DNA of 64,000 nt from the human T2T-CHM13v2.0 reference genome, Homo sapiens. This document shows, one piece after another, positions 16,638 to 30,805 of the stretch. The position numbers and the translations under genes are program-made. The stretch lies in NCBI RefSeq assembly GCF_009914755.1, contig NC_060925.1; one strand, written 5' to 3'. Within the stretch, counting starts at the first letter, position 1. Every line of letters begins with the position of its first letter. The notes under the pieces were generated by a model, which saw only the letters and a list, made by a program, of their open reading frames with translations, was not told the DNA's origin and searched no databases.

Positions 16638-16798
16638 AAACAATGGTGAATGAAAACTCAGCCTAGTGATAAATCAGGCTGCTACACAAATAATTCAACA
16701 TAATGTGGAATGGCTCAAAGCAGCATGATTTATGATGTAATCAAGTACCAGGAAAGGAGCACTCATTCTGCTGCTTTGCCTGGAGGGTTTCAGGCCAG

Positions 16799-17122
16799 TT
16801 TTTTTTTTTTTTAACTTATATTTTAAGTTCAGGGGTACAAGTTCAGGTTTGTGACATAGGTAAACTTGTGTCATGGGGGGTTGTTGTACAGATTATCTTA
16901 TCACCCAGGTATTAAGCATAGTGTCAATTAGTTTTTTTTCCATGATCCTCTCCCTCCTCCCCCTCCACTTTCCGATAGGCTGCTATGTGTGTTGTTCCCC
17001 TCTATGGGTCCATGTGTTCTCATCATTTAGTTCCCACTTAGAAGTGAGAACATGTGGTATTTGCTTTTCTGTTTCTGCGTTAGTTTGCTAGGATAATGGC
17101 CTCCAGCTCCATCTATGTCCCT
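16799..17122 (-). mobile_element. L1PA (PA13-16-like) 3' end, 5'-truncated
   Basis: Poly-T, ttttaagttcaggggtaca...cacccaggtattaagc...agtgagaacatgtggtatttg...ggcctccagctccatc. Confidence 0.9.
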
Positions 17123-17179
17123 AGGATGTGACATTTGAATGGAATTACACCTGTAACCCTCAGCATTAGCAATTATTTC

Positions 17180-17547
17180 CTCCAGTGGCATCCTCTCCCT
17201 AACACTTTTGCATGACTGACATCTCTTCTTCAGGTATTAGTTTGAGTGTTACGCAGTTAGAGGGGTCTTCATGATCACACGTCTGTAATGGTAAACTCTC
17301 TGTGATGGTAAACATGGCCATTTTCTATCACAGCTCCCTCTTCTTTCCTTTTTAGAGCAAATCACCTTCTTTATTATTGTAGATATTTTATTATTTAATG
17401 TATTCATTCATTTATTGTCTGTTTCCCCACTTGAATGCAAGCTCCATGAGGGTAGTAAGCTGAGTCTTGTTCACTATTACATTCCTGGTGCCTAGCCTCA
17501 TGTCTAGCAAAGTAGATGCTGAATAAATATTTATTGACTAAATGAAT
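17180..17547 (+). mobile_element. L2 3' end
   Basis: ccccacttgaatgcaagctccatgaggg...gtcttgttcact...gtgcctagc...aataaatatttattgactaaatgaat. Confidence 0.8.
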
Positions 17548-18447
17548 TGCAATATAGCTACTTAGAATAACCATAATTATTTGTTATTACAAATAATATT
17601 GCAATATAACGTTTGCCTGTATATCATCTTGATTATATTGTGAGCCTCTTATAAAAGATTCCTGCTTTATTGATTTGATTCTTTTTTACTATGGAAATTC
17701 TTTCTGCTCTCTCATAACTAGTATGTATTCAATCAGTTCTTTCTTCATAAATAAATGTAGAAATTATTCTTCCTTTATCCATTGACTTTACTTGAAGGAA
17801 GATAAGGCCATTACAAAGGAAACTTTTTTAAAAGCCTATCAAAAAGTTTAAGGAAGAAAACTAAGTTGTGCCACTCCAAGTTGAGCAAAAATAGTCTGCC
17901 ATTTTGCAGAAAGAAAAACAAACAAAAAAAAAGAAAACTTCTGAGATCACTTTCTAGATATAATGTGGATAAAAATTGTGACAAGATGAAGTATTCAAGA
18001 ATGTGACCACTAAACAGAGCCCTGTTGGAAACTCTTTTGATTTTTATCCTTGGACATATCTTGAGAGGTCAGTAGTCTACCAGGTGACCAGAGACGGCAT
18101 TTCCTCCCTGTCAATGCTTGGTACATTCACTTTGCCTCAAATGTGGCAAACATCTCAGATTTATTCCTTGATGTCTCAATTTTAGCATGAACTCCTGAGG
18201 CCATTTGAGTTACAAATTGACAAGCATGAAGATTAAGCAATATCTGTTTAAAAAAAAAAAAACATAGACTTCATCATACTAAAACTCCTTTTAATGTTAT
18301 GCCCTAGCAGGACTTTTTGATGTAGTACCACCCCTTATCAAAATAACCTTGGAGTCCAATTTATCCCTTTCTTTATCATGATTAAGGAAATTGCCATATA
18401 CGTTGATGGAATGATAATTAAACATTTGGCTGGAACTTGTGCCTGGG

Positions 18448-18660
18448 AATCAATTCAAAATGAAAAAATTATTGAGTGTCTACTATGCACACAGCCAGAA
18501 CCAGGTATCACTGGTCCCTCATTGTTTGTACTCTAGCTGGAAACACAGACATTGAAGCAGGGAATTTCAGTGTCATGTGGTATTAGTCTAAGGTATACAT
18601 GTGGTGCCATAATAGCTCTTAGAAGGAGTATCTCATCCAGATATGATCAGGGAGATCTTT
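18448..18660 (-). mobile_element. L2 3' fragment
   Basis: ttattgagtgtctactatgc...ggtccctc...ctctagctggaaacacagac. Confidence 0.55.
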
Positions 18661-19696
18661 GTACAGCTGCATATCAAATGCCATAAAAGCAATCTTAATC
18701 TTGTTTTACTTTTTCCAGAAGAGTTTGTATCTTCAGAATAGCTTATATTTAAGAATTGTCATCACACTTGCTGATTTTTGTTTGTTTAAAATATTAATTC
18801 TTGCTTGCATCAATATATCCTATGTCTAATTTATACTGGCATTCACATAACAAAGCCATCTCTGGGCTCCAGATTATGAGAGTTCCATGCTGCTAAAAAC
18901 ATATCTGTTAAGACCAGTTTTGTCCCTTAATAACTAAACTTTAGTGTATGAGGACCAAGATTGATCTAATTTAATCTCCAGAGTAATTATGATAGCAAGT
19001 ATCTGGTGCATCACAATTTTTGAACTGGCAAAGTCTGAATTTATGCGATGAATTAAATTTGACATAGACAAACCACTGATGTTCATAGTGCAGATTTTGT
19101 AAACATAGGTAAACACATAAGAAAAGGGAGGTCACATCTAGTTGATGCCAACTTCTGATATGGCAAGTCTAGAGAAAATATTGGCTATTAGAGATAAAAA
19201 AAACACTGACTACCAAAATTACGTGGCCCACTAGTATTGAGCATTTGCTCTACCATGGTTCAACAGGGCAATTATAGTAATTTACCATATGTATTGGCTT
19301 AGACGTCTTTCTTCACTGCTAGACTGAGAGCTCCTTGCGAATTAGGATCAAGTCTTTGTGTCTTAATGCCTAATAGAGTAACACAACTTTGGTATATAAT
19401 TCAGATTTAATCAACACTATATATTTAATTGGTTGGTTCAACAATTAAAATCACTAATCATTATGCAAATGTGAATGGCTGAGGGAAGACAGCTATCTTT
19501 GATTTGTACACTCTTTGTATCCAGAGCACCTAAAACATTTAATATGCTTCTATTGAATGAATTAGTATGGTCACTCATGTATATTGGAAAAGACATGGTC
19601 TTTACAGATAAAACTCTATTGACAGAGTGAGCATCCTGTAGCTATCTTCAAGATGCTCAGGACTGCAGGCAGTACTTACAGAGACTGCTTGATTCA

Positions 19697-20116
<420 letters not shown>

Positions 20117-23100
20117 TCAGTAATAAGCAGTGAAAAGTATATCTTGCATGAGCAGAAGAATAAGAAATAGATTTTTTTCCAGACTCCAAATCAATTTTAC
20201 TTATTTATTCTAACCATAGTTTACTTATTTATGATGGAATTTTATTTGTACGTCAAGATCTATCCTGCCAGGAATAGAGCTATGTAAGAAAGAAAGAAAA
20301 AAAATCCCAACCACCACAACACTGGCAAAAAAACACATTTTCACAGGTTAGCAATAAAGCAAAATATTTTTCATTCTTGCCTCAAATTTTTGGCAGAACC
20401 AAGGGACAATTTTCTTGAGTAAAAGGGAAGAGCAAAGAAGAAAATGGCGATATGAGAGTGGACTGATCTTAAACACTGGAAAGGGATGAATATTGCTAGA
20501 TGCTGTTCAGAGGCCTGATTGCTTGCTTTCTGTATCTGCTTTTTCTTTTTCACTGAAAGGCATATTTTTCTATCCATCAAGTTTTATAATCTTCTGCCAA
20601 CCATTTCACTGGAACAAGCTTTCCCTTTAATTTAACAGTGCACATATTACTGTACTGTACCCACAAAAACTTATTCTGAGATAGTGCTTATAAGATGCAT
20701 GTCTTCAAGCCTCAAGATAAACAGAAATATAGTATATGCAATTTGGAACCAAGTAGCTCTCATTTATTTATTAGCAAGTACATTGGTGGCATAGTCATTT
20801 CACCAGAAGGTCATATTCAATGAATTAAACATCTCCAGGTTCTGACAACCACATAAACTAAGGGTTACTGAGAAAAATAAAATGTCACTGATGTTTCTGG
20901 CTCATTGGATCTTCTGTATGGCTTTACCCATTAGCTGGGGCTCTAAAAAGTATTCATCTTTATTTTCCCATCATTGCCAGACCCATGGACTTTGTGGCAT
21001 TTGCCATAGCACACACAAAAAATGAAGGTTTAAAGGGGATTTAAAAAGAGAGAAAAATTCTTAATCATGCTTTCATAACTTTTGGTGAACAGTTGGTTTA
21101 AATTTCCAAATAACTTCTTTCAAAAGGATAATATCAAAGCACATGCAAAAAATAAAAGTCTAAATAAAGCACAATAAATTATTTCACTGCTGAGGTATTA
21201 GATTTCAAAGAGAGAAGAGAGTACACATAAGGATATTAGAGTGGACTATATTGGATCTTTGGGAATTGCTGTCAGATATTGATGAAAACAGAGAGACTGT
21301 AGGAGATCAGATAAAAGAGAGAAATGATTACATTTGGAAGAACAATGTGAAATACGTGGCCAACAGAGATTTCAAATGTAAGCTAATAGCAATCCACGAA
21401 AGAACAAAGTTGGAGCAAGTCCCACATCTCTAACCACATTTACAATCATTCAGCATCTGTAAAAATTTTTATGTAGCATTTTTCCTCATTTCAAAATTTG
21501 CAAAATACATATTTAATAGGTTTAGCATGTCAGTCAGTAATTTTGTCCACAGGCAGTGAAAAGGATTTGTGTTTTTCGAAAATGAGTTGGGTTTTGGTGA
21601 TGCTACCCTTTCAGTCTGCCCCAGCCAGCTGCAATCACGGCGGCTTCACAGCCCAGAGATACTGTAAACAATCGTGTTCTGTACATTTCACTATCCACGC
21701 TGGTGAGAAAACACAGCATCTTAGACTTTCATCTCCTTTCTTCTGAGTTTCACACCCCCTCAACTTGGAACAGAGAGAGTCCATGTTCAAATTGCTTGCT
21801 TTCTTCCTTTCCTTATCAAACAATCACCAAAGAGAATGTGATGTGAGAAAGGTGTTCCCAAAACATGTTTTCTTGTCTGATAGGAACACTTTAACCAGTA
21901 TATTCTAAATGATCAAAGATTACTCAAACTGAAACAAAATTTGGTAAGAAAAATTTAAAATCCAGCTGAGACAGTAACTGAGAAGTTGAGCTGGGTCAGC
22001 CAGTTCACAGTCAAGGTTGTCAGGTACACCTGGTACTGAAAGACCCCCTTGCAATCTCCTTTTATTAAGGTAACTTGAGGTGGTCACAGCACGAGTAGCA
22101 GTCTGGTTTATTTCAATCATACAGATGTCACTTCATGACATGACGCAAGACTTTCAAATGGCCTCAGTTCTATTCTCTACTTTGTTCCTGTCTATAGTTG
22201 TCTGTACTTTCCTAGGGGAGCAATTAAAAAAACTGAGAGAGAGAGAAAAAAAGATAGTAGATGTCAAAGGCATGCTAGCGGGGAATCCTGCATCAATTAA
22301 TTAATTCCATAGATCCTATCCCTTTTATATCTTAGGATCTATTACAGCAGAGATTTGCTTTCAGGTTGGGGCATGAGCACCTCAATTAGTAGCTGCTTTC
22401 ACATTGGAAACCTTTCCTATCTTTGTGGGCAATGTCAATTTAAAAGGAAATTTGTAGGGGAAAACTTCTCAGAGCGCCCCAAACTTCATTCTCATTCATG
22501 AGCTCTAAAGTGGTTTGATTTCACAACTTTATTTGGTGGTGTGTACACAGGGGTTCAGAAAGGTTTTCTACCCAGTTCATTCATCTGACATCTGTAACAG
22601 CTCTGTATTTCTATGTATGTGATTCTCTATTCCAGAGGCATATAACAGAACACTATGCCTTGCAGCTGAATTACAAAAAGAATTCAACATATTTGGTATT
22701 CCATGGAGAGTTCTCTTAGTGGAGATAGTTCAGGAAGGGGTTTATTTTCTTAATTTGCTTTCTCAGTTATAAAATCTTCCCAATTTCACTGGCAGTAGAA
22801 AACATATCTAACAGTAGTCCTGCATTATTAGAGAGTTCACATCTGTTGGTACTTTCGAACAATATCCCTGGGACAGATTTTTGAATTTGTTTCAATCTTG
22901 ATTACAGTCTACACAATGAACAAAACTATTTCTATACAATGGCAAATCCTAAGTGGAAATAATATTGTTTTAGTTTGGGAAAAATGATTTTTTCAAGTAA
23001 AGCTATCCACTTGGTATTGTGAGGGAAAAAAAATGGTACTAGAGAGAATTAATTTCTTCCTCATAACAAGTTACATTTTCATGTGAAATGATTTAGGTGG

Positions 23101-23244
23101 CATAATGGTAAAGATATGAGCAAAATAATTTTTAGTTACAATTTCTTGCAGTTCTATAATGGCTTGATGTCACAGCTCATTGGGAGTTTTTCTTCCCCAT
23201 GTTTTTCATCGTATTTTAGTTTCTAAGGAATGTAATAAATTTCG

Positions 23245-23485
23245 TATTGTAGTTAAATGAAGATGCTCTGAAGTTAGACAGCCTCGGTTTCAGTCCTTGA
23301 GTAATCCCTTGGCAATTTGTATGAACTTAGCAAGTCACTCAACTTTCTTGAGCCTCAGTTTACTCATCTATAAAATTGTGACAATATTTCTGGCATAAAA
23401 TCAATCTAAAATGCAGATAATACATCCAAAGTGTTTTACTCACTGCCAATGATAAGGTAATTGCATTATATTTATGGTTATATTG
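23245..23485 (+). mobile_element. MIR SINE
   Basis: ctctgaagttagacagcct...ttagcaagtcactcaactttcttgagcctcagtttactcatctataaaat. Confidence 0.8.
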
Positions 23486-24035
23486 GCAACTTTTTAAATG
23501 TTTTTATAATAAGAGAGTGATTTTTCTGCTGCCTTTAGTAATCACAATAAGAAAACCTATAAAACTTTGTAAAATGTGTATACCCCTTTCTTCTTCCCCT
23601 CAGGACAAGACCCTTAGCTTTCCAGCACATGGTTGCTGCTCATAAACTCTTCAAATCTAAGTTTATTATCATGAAACTATTATTGTAATAAGTCAAATTC
23701 CAAAGAAAAACAATGTCAGTAGATTTCACTAAATATATTATCAAACAATATAAAACATAGGCCTAACCAAACAAGTGTCCTCAGTCTTTGAAGAAATGCC
23801 TGTAGGTTGACCTGTAAAGTTAATTTCATATCACTGACTCCTCTAAGAAAAATAAAAATAGAGAAACAGCATCCCTGCTGCTTACTTTTGATGAACCTCA
23901 TGGGATGGAGATGTTTTCAGCTGTAAGAGGTTTTTCAAGTGCGTGTTTCCAGTTGGTTTCTTATGATTAAATTGTATGGTTTTATTCACTTTGAGGATGT
24001 GATAGATGAAAATATTCAGCTTTCATAAGCTCATA

Positions 24036-24475
24036 GGTATCAGTTATCTATTGCTATGAAAAAAAACTACCCCAAAACTTAATGACTTAAAGTAGTAACC
24101 ATTTTATTTGCTCATATTTGGGCTGGGCTCAGCTGAGAGGTTCTTCTGCTTATATCACGTAGGGTCACTTCTAAAGCTGCAGTTAGCAGTTGTCCAGTGG
24201 CTAAATTTGGGCTTTATGGGCTAACTTGGCTTCAAAGATGTCTCTAGAGTTGTGGTCACTATCAGCTGGGCCACATGTCTCCAAGAGAATAGTCTGGATG
24301 GGTAGCCAGTTTCCAAGAGTGCAGGAGCAAAAGCTGCAAGGCCTCTTGAGACTTAGGATCACATCCCATGAGTTCTGCTGCATTCTATTGGTCAATGAAA
24401 GTCAGCTGGATAAGCCTAGAGGCATGCATACTTAGAGGAGAATTATAGTAGCTATGTTGCAAATAATCTACCATA
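24036..24475 (-). mobile_element. MLT1H-like (MaLR) solo LTR
   Basis: gtatcagttatctattgct...ccccaaaacttaatgacttaaa...atttgggctgggctcagctg...aagctgcaaggcctcttgag...ctaccata; TSD tcata/tcaca. Confidence 0.82.
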
Positions 24476-26234
24476 TCACATAAAAACTTTGTAAAAATAA
24501 ATCATGTCATGTATAATTTCTATTTACCATCCTGATTCTTTTAGATGACTTTTTCTTTTAAACCATATACTGTATGACAGGTGCTAGAGATACAAAAGAA
24601 AAAAGACACAGCTCTTACTCTAGGGGATTTTATGTCTGATAGAAAAGATAAAAAATAAATAGACTTCCTAGATGGTTAGTGGCTCAACGACCATGTGATG
24701 TGGTTAGTTGTGTTCAGCTGAACTGCTGAATCTAGTGAGGCATTCCAGAAATGTGTGTCATTCATCACAAAATGGACTGAGCAAGAAAGTTTATGTGTGT
24801 TGTTTGTAAACCCAACCCCATTGCAACAAAATAATAGAATCAAGTAAGTCAAGATACATTTCTTGCTGAAATTGTATCAGTGACAATGTTATCGCACTTG
24901 AATGACAGCACAGTTTTTAGGTCCCTTTTTAGAGGCAGATTAGGGTAGTAGTTGAGAGCTTGGCTGTCTAAAAAGTAGCCTAGTGTCTCAGTGTCCTCAC
25001 TGTAAAATAAAGGCTTTATAATCTAACTCATTTACTTATACTTTAGAACAGAGAACAAAATGCAAAGTATGTAAAAATCATCTTCTTGAGATATAAAAGC
25101 ATTATTTTATAACTAATGAAAAATATAAACCCTCTTCAGAAATGTTCGAGCGAAGATTCAGAATTTGAACGTACTCAGGTACCCAGAGTTTCTCTCTTTT
25201 ACATCCTAATATTCAAGAATCTTGAACAAACAAACGAGAAGGTTGTAGAGATAGTATACTGATTCAAATTAGGAATCTATTTTCTCTACCTGAAACTTGA
25301 TTCGCTGAACACAATACGAGGCAAAAAGTGTGTATTTGTTACGTATGTATTTACTACGGATGATAGCAAATGACTCTTGATTCTCTTTCTTTCTGATAGA
25401 AACTGTTTTCTTATAGTGGTCATTTTTTAAATTCCTAACTCTCCAAGAGGTATTAATCATGGAAGAAAGATACCCATTTGATGTGCCCTACGGTGCAGCT
25501 CTGTCAATCCAGAGATAGGCACCAAAATTTGTGACATCAGAATAAAGGTAATATTTCAGTGTTTTCAGCAAAGATATGCCAAGAGCCTTGTATTTAGGGA
25601 CATATTTCCAATTTAAGAAGTTAGTTTTTATCTATTCAAAAGTTATGATGTAGCACCAATTAAATAATGAAACACCTCTCTTCATTTATGGACACTACCA
25701 GCTGATGCCAGAAAATTCTTGTAGCTCACAAGGCCTGACTCTAGGTTGTGATTTTTGGACTTTAGTTGGTTATGTCATCACTTGAGCATTATTTAAATAT
25801 GTTTCTCCTTTTAATTCAATTTCCTGTTTTGTTTTCTCAAAACCATAAATCATCTCTTAAGAAATTTTACAAAATGCATATTGTTCTCCCATGAGACCTG
25901 TGCTGCTCCTCAGCTGGGCATCGCCTGCCAAAGGACATGTTTTTTGACAAGTTTTCCTTTTATTGGTTTTGCATAATGGTTGCAACAATTCTCAAGTAAT
26001 GAAAAAAGAATGAAGAATGCATGTCCTTTCCAGTACATAGCCACAATGTTAATGCTAAGGAGAAGCAAAACAAAACAAAACAAAAACCCACCCTAAAAGT
26101 GGTCTTGGACACCCAGCCCTCCTCTCAGCTCCCTTATTTGGATTCATGATGTTTCCTATCTTTTCTCCTCTTTTTTCAAAATAAACTATTTATGCTCAAA
26201 GAAAATCTGTCATCTAGGACATCTGTGATAATGT

Positions 26235-26412
26235 TCTTGTGGCCTGGGTTGGACCCTTGCTCCACTACCAACTAGTATAAAATTAATGGGGGACATGACT
26301 TAACCTTTCTGGGCTTATATTTGTCTCATTCGTAAACTAGGGATAATGGAGTTTACTTCACTATATTGTTTTGAAGATTAAGTAAGAGAAGGCATATAAC
26401 AGTGCCTCACAC
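26235..26412 (+). mobile_element. MIR SINE
   Basis: cctgggtt...ctccactacc...gacttaacctttctgggctt...ctcattcgtaaactagggataat...gaagattaa. Confidence 0.7.
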
Positions 26413-26635
26413 ACTGTGAATTGAACCTACATATATTAATATATCTATTGTCTAATATAAGAATAAAAACACCATTCTCTGCCCCCATTGCATAGTTAAT
26501 AGGCAATGTATATGAATAAAACTGAGTCTTAACTCATTTTGGTATCTACTGTGGCACATAAGAGACACTAATTATTGTCTGCAGAATTTTTTTACTGTCA
26601 ACACATGTAACATTGTACATAGCAGCAGCCTATTG

Positions 26636-26865
26636 TATAAGTCAGTAAACTACAGCCTGTGGGCCAAATTTGGACTACTGTCTATTTTTATAAGTAAAGT
26701 TTTATTATGACAGAGCCACGCCCTTTTGTTTAAGCATTGTTTATGCTGTCTTTGTGCTACAATGAAGAGTTCAGTATTTTCAACAGAGACCCTTTTATTG
26801 CCCACAAGGCCAAAAATAGTTACTATCTGGTCTTGGCCCTTCACAGAAAAATTTGCCATCCTTTG
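26636..26865 (+). mobile_element. MER58A (hAT-Charlie) DNA transposon fossil
   Basis: gtcagtaaactacagcctgtgggccaaat...taaagttttatt...agccacgccc...ttactatctgg...cacagaaaaatttgcc. Confidence 0.88.
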
Positions 26866-28279
26866 ACCTACAAAATTGAGTTCCTGTTTACTCTTGCCTC
26901 AGGACAGAGTTTCCTGAAGAACTCCTTAGCTCAGGTGTTACGGACTTCTTTGAGGAGTATGTTTTAATGTGATTGCTCCATTTTCCCCCAGAAGATATTG
27001 GTGTACTGATTTTTTTTTAAAAAAAAGAAGAAAAAGAAACTGATTTCATTAAAAATGAAAAAGAATGGGTGCTTATGAGGTACAGAGACACGCTGCTAGC
27101 CACAGTGGGAACTTTGAACAGATCAGCAAAGGATACTATAATGGAGGCGGTGAACCAGGGGCTCTGGTCTCAGCCCCTCCACGCTGACTTTCAGTATACT
27201 GACAGCAGTGTTGTCACCACAAGCTGATGAATGAATACTACAGTTTTGTTTTCATCTCCAGCCTTTCCCTGGGTCTGTGTGTCTACTTAAGCCTCATGAA
27301 TAATGCTACCACTTACAGATACTGGACAACAATGTGACAAAAACAGACTGATTCATGGAAACATGGATTAAAGACTACTTCCATTATTCATTCGACACCA
27401 TGGCTAACACCCTTGCTTTTGCAGAATAGTATATACATGTGCCCCTAATTCTCCACGGTCACACTTTAGGTGCTGTAGTACATTGCGCAGCTGTGATTTG
27501 CTGACCCTAAGGGGAGCTGAAGTAATTAATAATTGACTTGGGGTTCTCTCTTCTCTATCTGGCAGCTACTCACACTGTACTTACTGCACAAAAGAGGCCA
27601 AATTGGCATGGCTTTCGACTATCTCTGCAAAATCCATTTGGATCCATTTCTGCAACTGTGATCTACTATCAACCTGGGGGGCAAAGGAGAAATCAGCCCC
27701 AGGAGCGTGGAAACCACTATACTTAAAACTATATCCTTTGCTTATTTATTTCAAGTAAAAGGCCACACAGACACAGAAAATTAGAAGGCTCGTGAAATAA
27801 GATTTAAGTTCCATTCTGGTTACAGGGTCCTCCCTGATGTTCAATCCTAGAGGCTATACCTCCCACTCTTGAAGAATTTCCAAACCTTTCAGGCCCAGGA
27901 GAGTTTTCCATGTTGAAAGATTGCAGGATGGGACCCCATAACAATCCCCCAAAAGTTCAGGCTGAAATTACATGCAGGCCAAGTCTGTATGATGCAGCCC
28001 TCTGTAATTGTTGGGTCTCTTCCAGAAGGCTCTCAACACATGGGACTCCGATGAAGTTCAGCATGTGGAAAGGGCTGAAGCTTGAAGCCTGTGTATTTGT
28101 AATGGAAACACAGCAGTGACCCCATGATCCAGGTCTGTATCTGTGCTGCCATAAAATGTGTTTCTCCAAACAGAGCAGCAGGAGTGCCAGTGAGGGGTGG
28201 GAGCAGGGAGGTTCTGGAAAGACTCCCTCAGGTAGGGAGGTAGCAGGGCCTCCTAATAAAAAACCATGCACTTAGGGAG

Positions 28280-28490
28280 TGCTATGTAGTTTGCAAAGTA
28301 CTCTCACATTTAAGATTCTCAGGATAAGCCTCTGAAGTGGGTAAGACAAGCATTCTTTTCCTTCTTCAACACGTGAAGCAACTGAAACAGAAAAGCCAGA
28401 TGACTTTCTCAAGGTTTATTAGAGACTTTGCCAGAATCAGATCTAACATCCTTTGACACCCAGCTCAATATTGATCTATGTTCCTATGTG
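28280..28490 (-). mobile_element. MIR SINE
   Basis: tagtttgcaaagtactctcaca...gaagcaactgaaacagaaa...tgactttctcaaggt. Confidence 0.6.
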
Positions 28491-28582
28491 ACTACCTAAA
28501 CTGGGATAAATATTCTAACATACTATTAAAAATGAGCAGCTATCATTAGAACAGAGAATTTATCACGAATCAGGTTCACCTC

Positions 28583-30805
28583 TGATACGGTTAGGCTTTG
28601 TGTCTTCACCCAAATCTCATCTTGAATGGCAATTCCCATAATCCCCAGGTGTTGAAGGAAAAACCTAGTGGAGGTGATTGGATGATGGGGGCGATATCCC
28701 CCATGCTGTTCTTGTGATAGTGAGTGAGTTTTCATGAGATCTGATGGTTGTATAAGTGTTTGACACTTTTCCTTTGCTCATTCCTCTCTCTCCTGCTGCC
28801 ATGTGAAGATGGTGCCTGCTTTCCCTTCCTCCATGATTTTAAGTTTCCTGAGACCTCCCCAGCCATGAGAAACCATGAGTCAATTAAACCTCTTTCCTTT
28901 ATAAATTACCTGGTCTTGTGTAGTATCTTTATAGCAATGTGAAATTGTACTTATACAGTACAGAAAATTGGTACTGAGGTAGTGGGGCACTGCTATAAAG
29001 ATACTTGAAAATGTGGAAGCAACTTTGGAACTGGGTAATGGGCAGATGTTGCAACAGTTTGGAGGGCTCAGAAGAAGACAGGAAGATGTGGGAAAGTTTG
29101 GAACTTCCTAGAGACTTGTTTGAATGGTTTTGACCAAAATGCCGATAGTGATGTGGACAATGAAGTTCAGGCTAAGGTGGTATCACATGGAAATAAAGAA
29201 CTTATTGGCAACTGGAGCAAAGGTCCCTCTTGCTATACTTTAGCAAGGAGACTAGTGGCATTTTGCCCCTGCCCTAGAGATCTGTTAAAGTTCAAACTTG
29301 AGAAGATGATCTGAAAATGGAACTTATGTTTACAAGAGAAGCAGAGCATAAACGTTTGGAAAACTTGTATCCTGACAATGTGATAGAAAAGAAAAACCAA
29401 TTATCTGGGGAGAAATTCAAGCCAGCTGCAGAAATTTGCATAAGTAATGAAGAGCCAAGTGTTAATCATCAAGACAATGGGGGAAATGTCTCCAGGGAAT
29501 GTTAGAGAGCTTAGTGGTAGCCCCTCCCATCACAGGCCCAGAGGCCTCAGAGGACAAATGGTTTTGTGAGCCAGGCCCAGGGACCCCTCTGCTATGTACA
29601 GCCTCTGGACTTGGTGCCCTGTGTCCCAGCCATGGCTAAAGGGGTCAAGGTACAGCTCGGACCATTGCTTCAGAGGGTGCAAGCCCCAAGCTTTGATGAC
29701 GTCCACATGGTATTGGGCCTGTGGGTACATAGAAGTCAAGAATTGAGGTTTGAGAACCTCCACCTAGATTTCAGATGTGTGAAAATGTCTGGATGTCCAG
29801 ACAGAGGTGTGCTACAGGGTCACAGCCCTCATGGAGAACCTCTGCTAGGGCAGTACAGAAGGGAAATGTGGGGTTGGAACCCCCACACAGAGTCCCCACT
29901 GGAGCACTGCCTAATGGACCTGTGAGAAGAGGGCCACTATCCTCCAGACCCCAGAATGGTAGATCTACTGACAGGTTGCACCATGCACCTGGAAAACCAC
30001 AGGCACTCAATGCTAGCCTGTGAAGAGCTGTCCAAGGCTGTGGGAGCCCAGCCATTGCATCAGTGTGCCCCAGATATGAGACACAGACTCAAAGGAGATC
30101 ATTTTGGAGTCTGAAGGTTTAATGACTACCATGCTGGGTTTTGGACTTATATGAAGCCTATAGCCCCTTTGTTTTGGCCAATGTCTCCATTTGGAATAAG
30201 AGCATTACCCAGTGCTGGTACCCCCATTTTATCTTGCAAATAACTAGCTTGCTTTTGATTTTACAGGCTCAAAGGAAGAAGGGACTTGCCTTGTCTCAGA
30301 TAAGACTTTGGACTTAGACTTTGGATTAATGCTGGGATGAAATAAGACTTAGGGGGACTGCAGGGAAGGCATGATTGGTTTTGAAATGTAAAAGGGACAT
30401 GAGATTTGGGAGGGGCCTGGGGCAGAATGATATGGTTAGGCTTTGTGTTCCCACCCAAATCACATCTTGAATTGTAATCCCCGTAATCCCCAGGTGTTGA
30501 AGGAGGAACCTGATTGGAGGTGATTGGATCATGGGGTCAGTTTCCCCCATGCTGTTCTTATGATAGTGAGTGAGTTCTCAGGAGATCTGATGGTTTTATA
30601 AGTGTTTGGCAAGTTCCTCCTTTACTCATTCTTCTTTCTCCTAGTGCCTTGTGAAGAAGATGCATGCTTCCCTTTCTGCCATGATTGAAAGTTTCCTGAG
30701 GCCTCCCCAGCCTTGCAGAACTGTGAGTCAATTAAACTTCTTCCCTCTATAAATTACCCAGTCTCGGATAGTATCTTTATAGCAGTGTGATATTGGACTG
30801 ATACA
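28583..30805 (+). mobile_element. THE1D-like MaLR element, complete LTR-int-LTR
   Basis: 5' LTR 28583-28957, internal 28958-30427 (gtggaagcaactttggaactgggtaa...; polypurine tract gggaggggcctggggcagaa), 3' LTR 30428-30805. TG...CA termini; degenerate TSD acctc/ccctt; internal ORF broken by stops. Confidence 0.95.

Noticed and set aside
22309-22342. 10-bp inverted repeat atagatccta/taggatctat
   Set aside because: Short enough to arise by chance in 64 kb of AT-rich DNA.
29120-30055. THE1 internal ORFs as a functional retroviral gene
   Set aside because: Fragmented by stops and frameshifts; MaLR internal regions lack pol.
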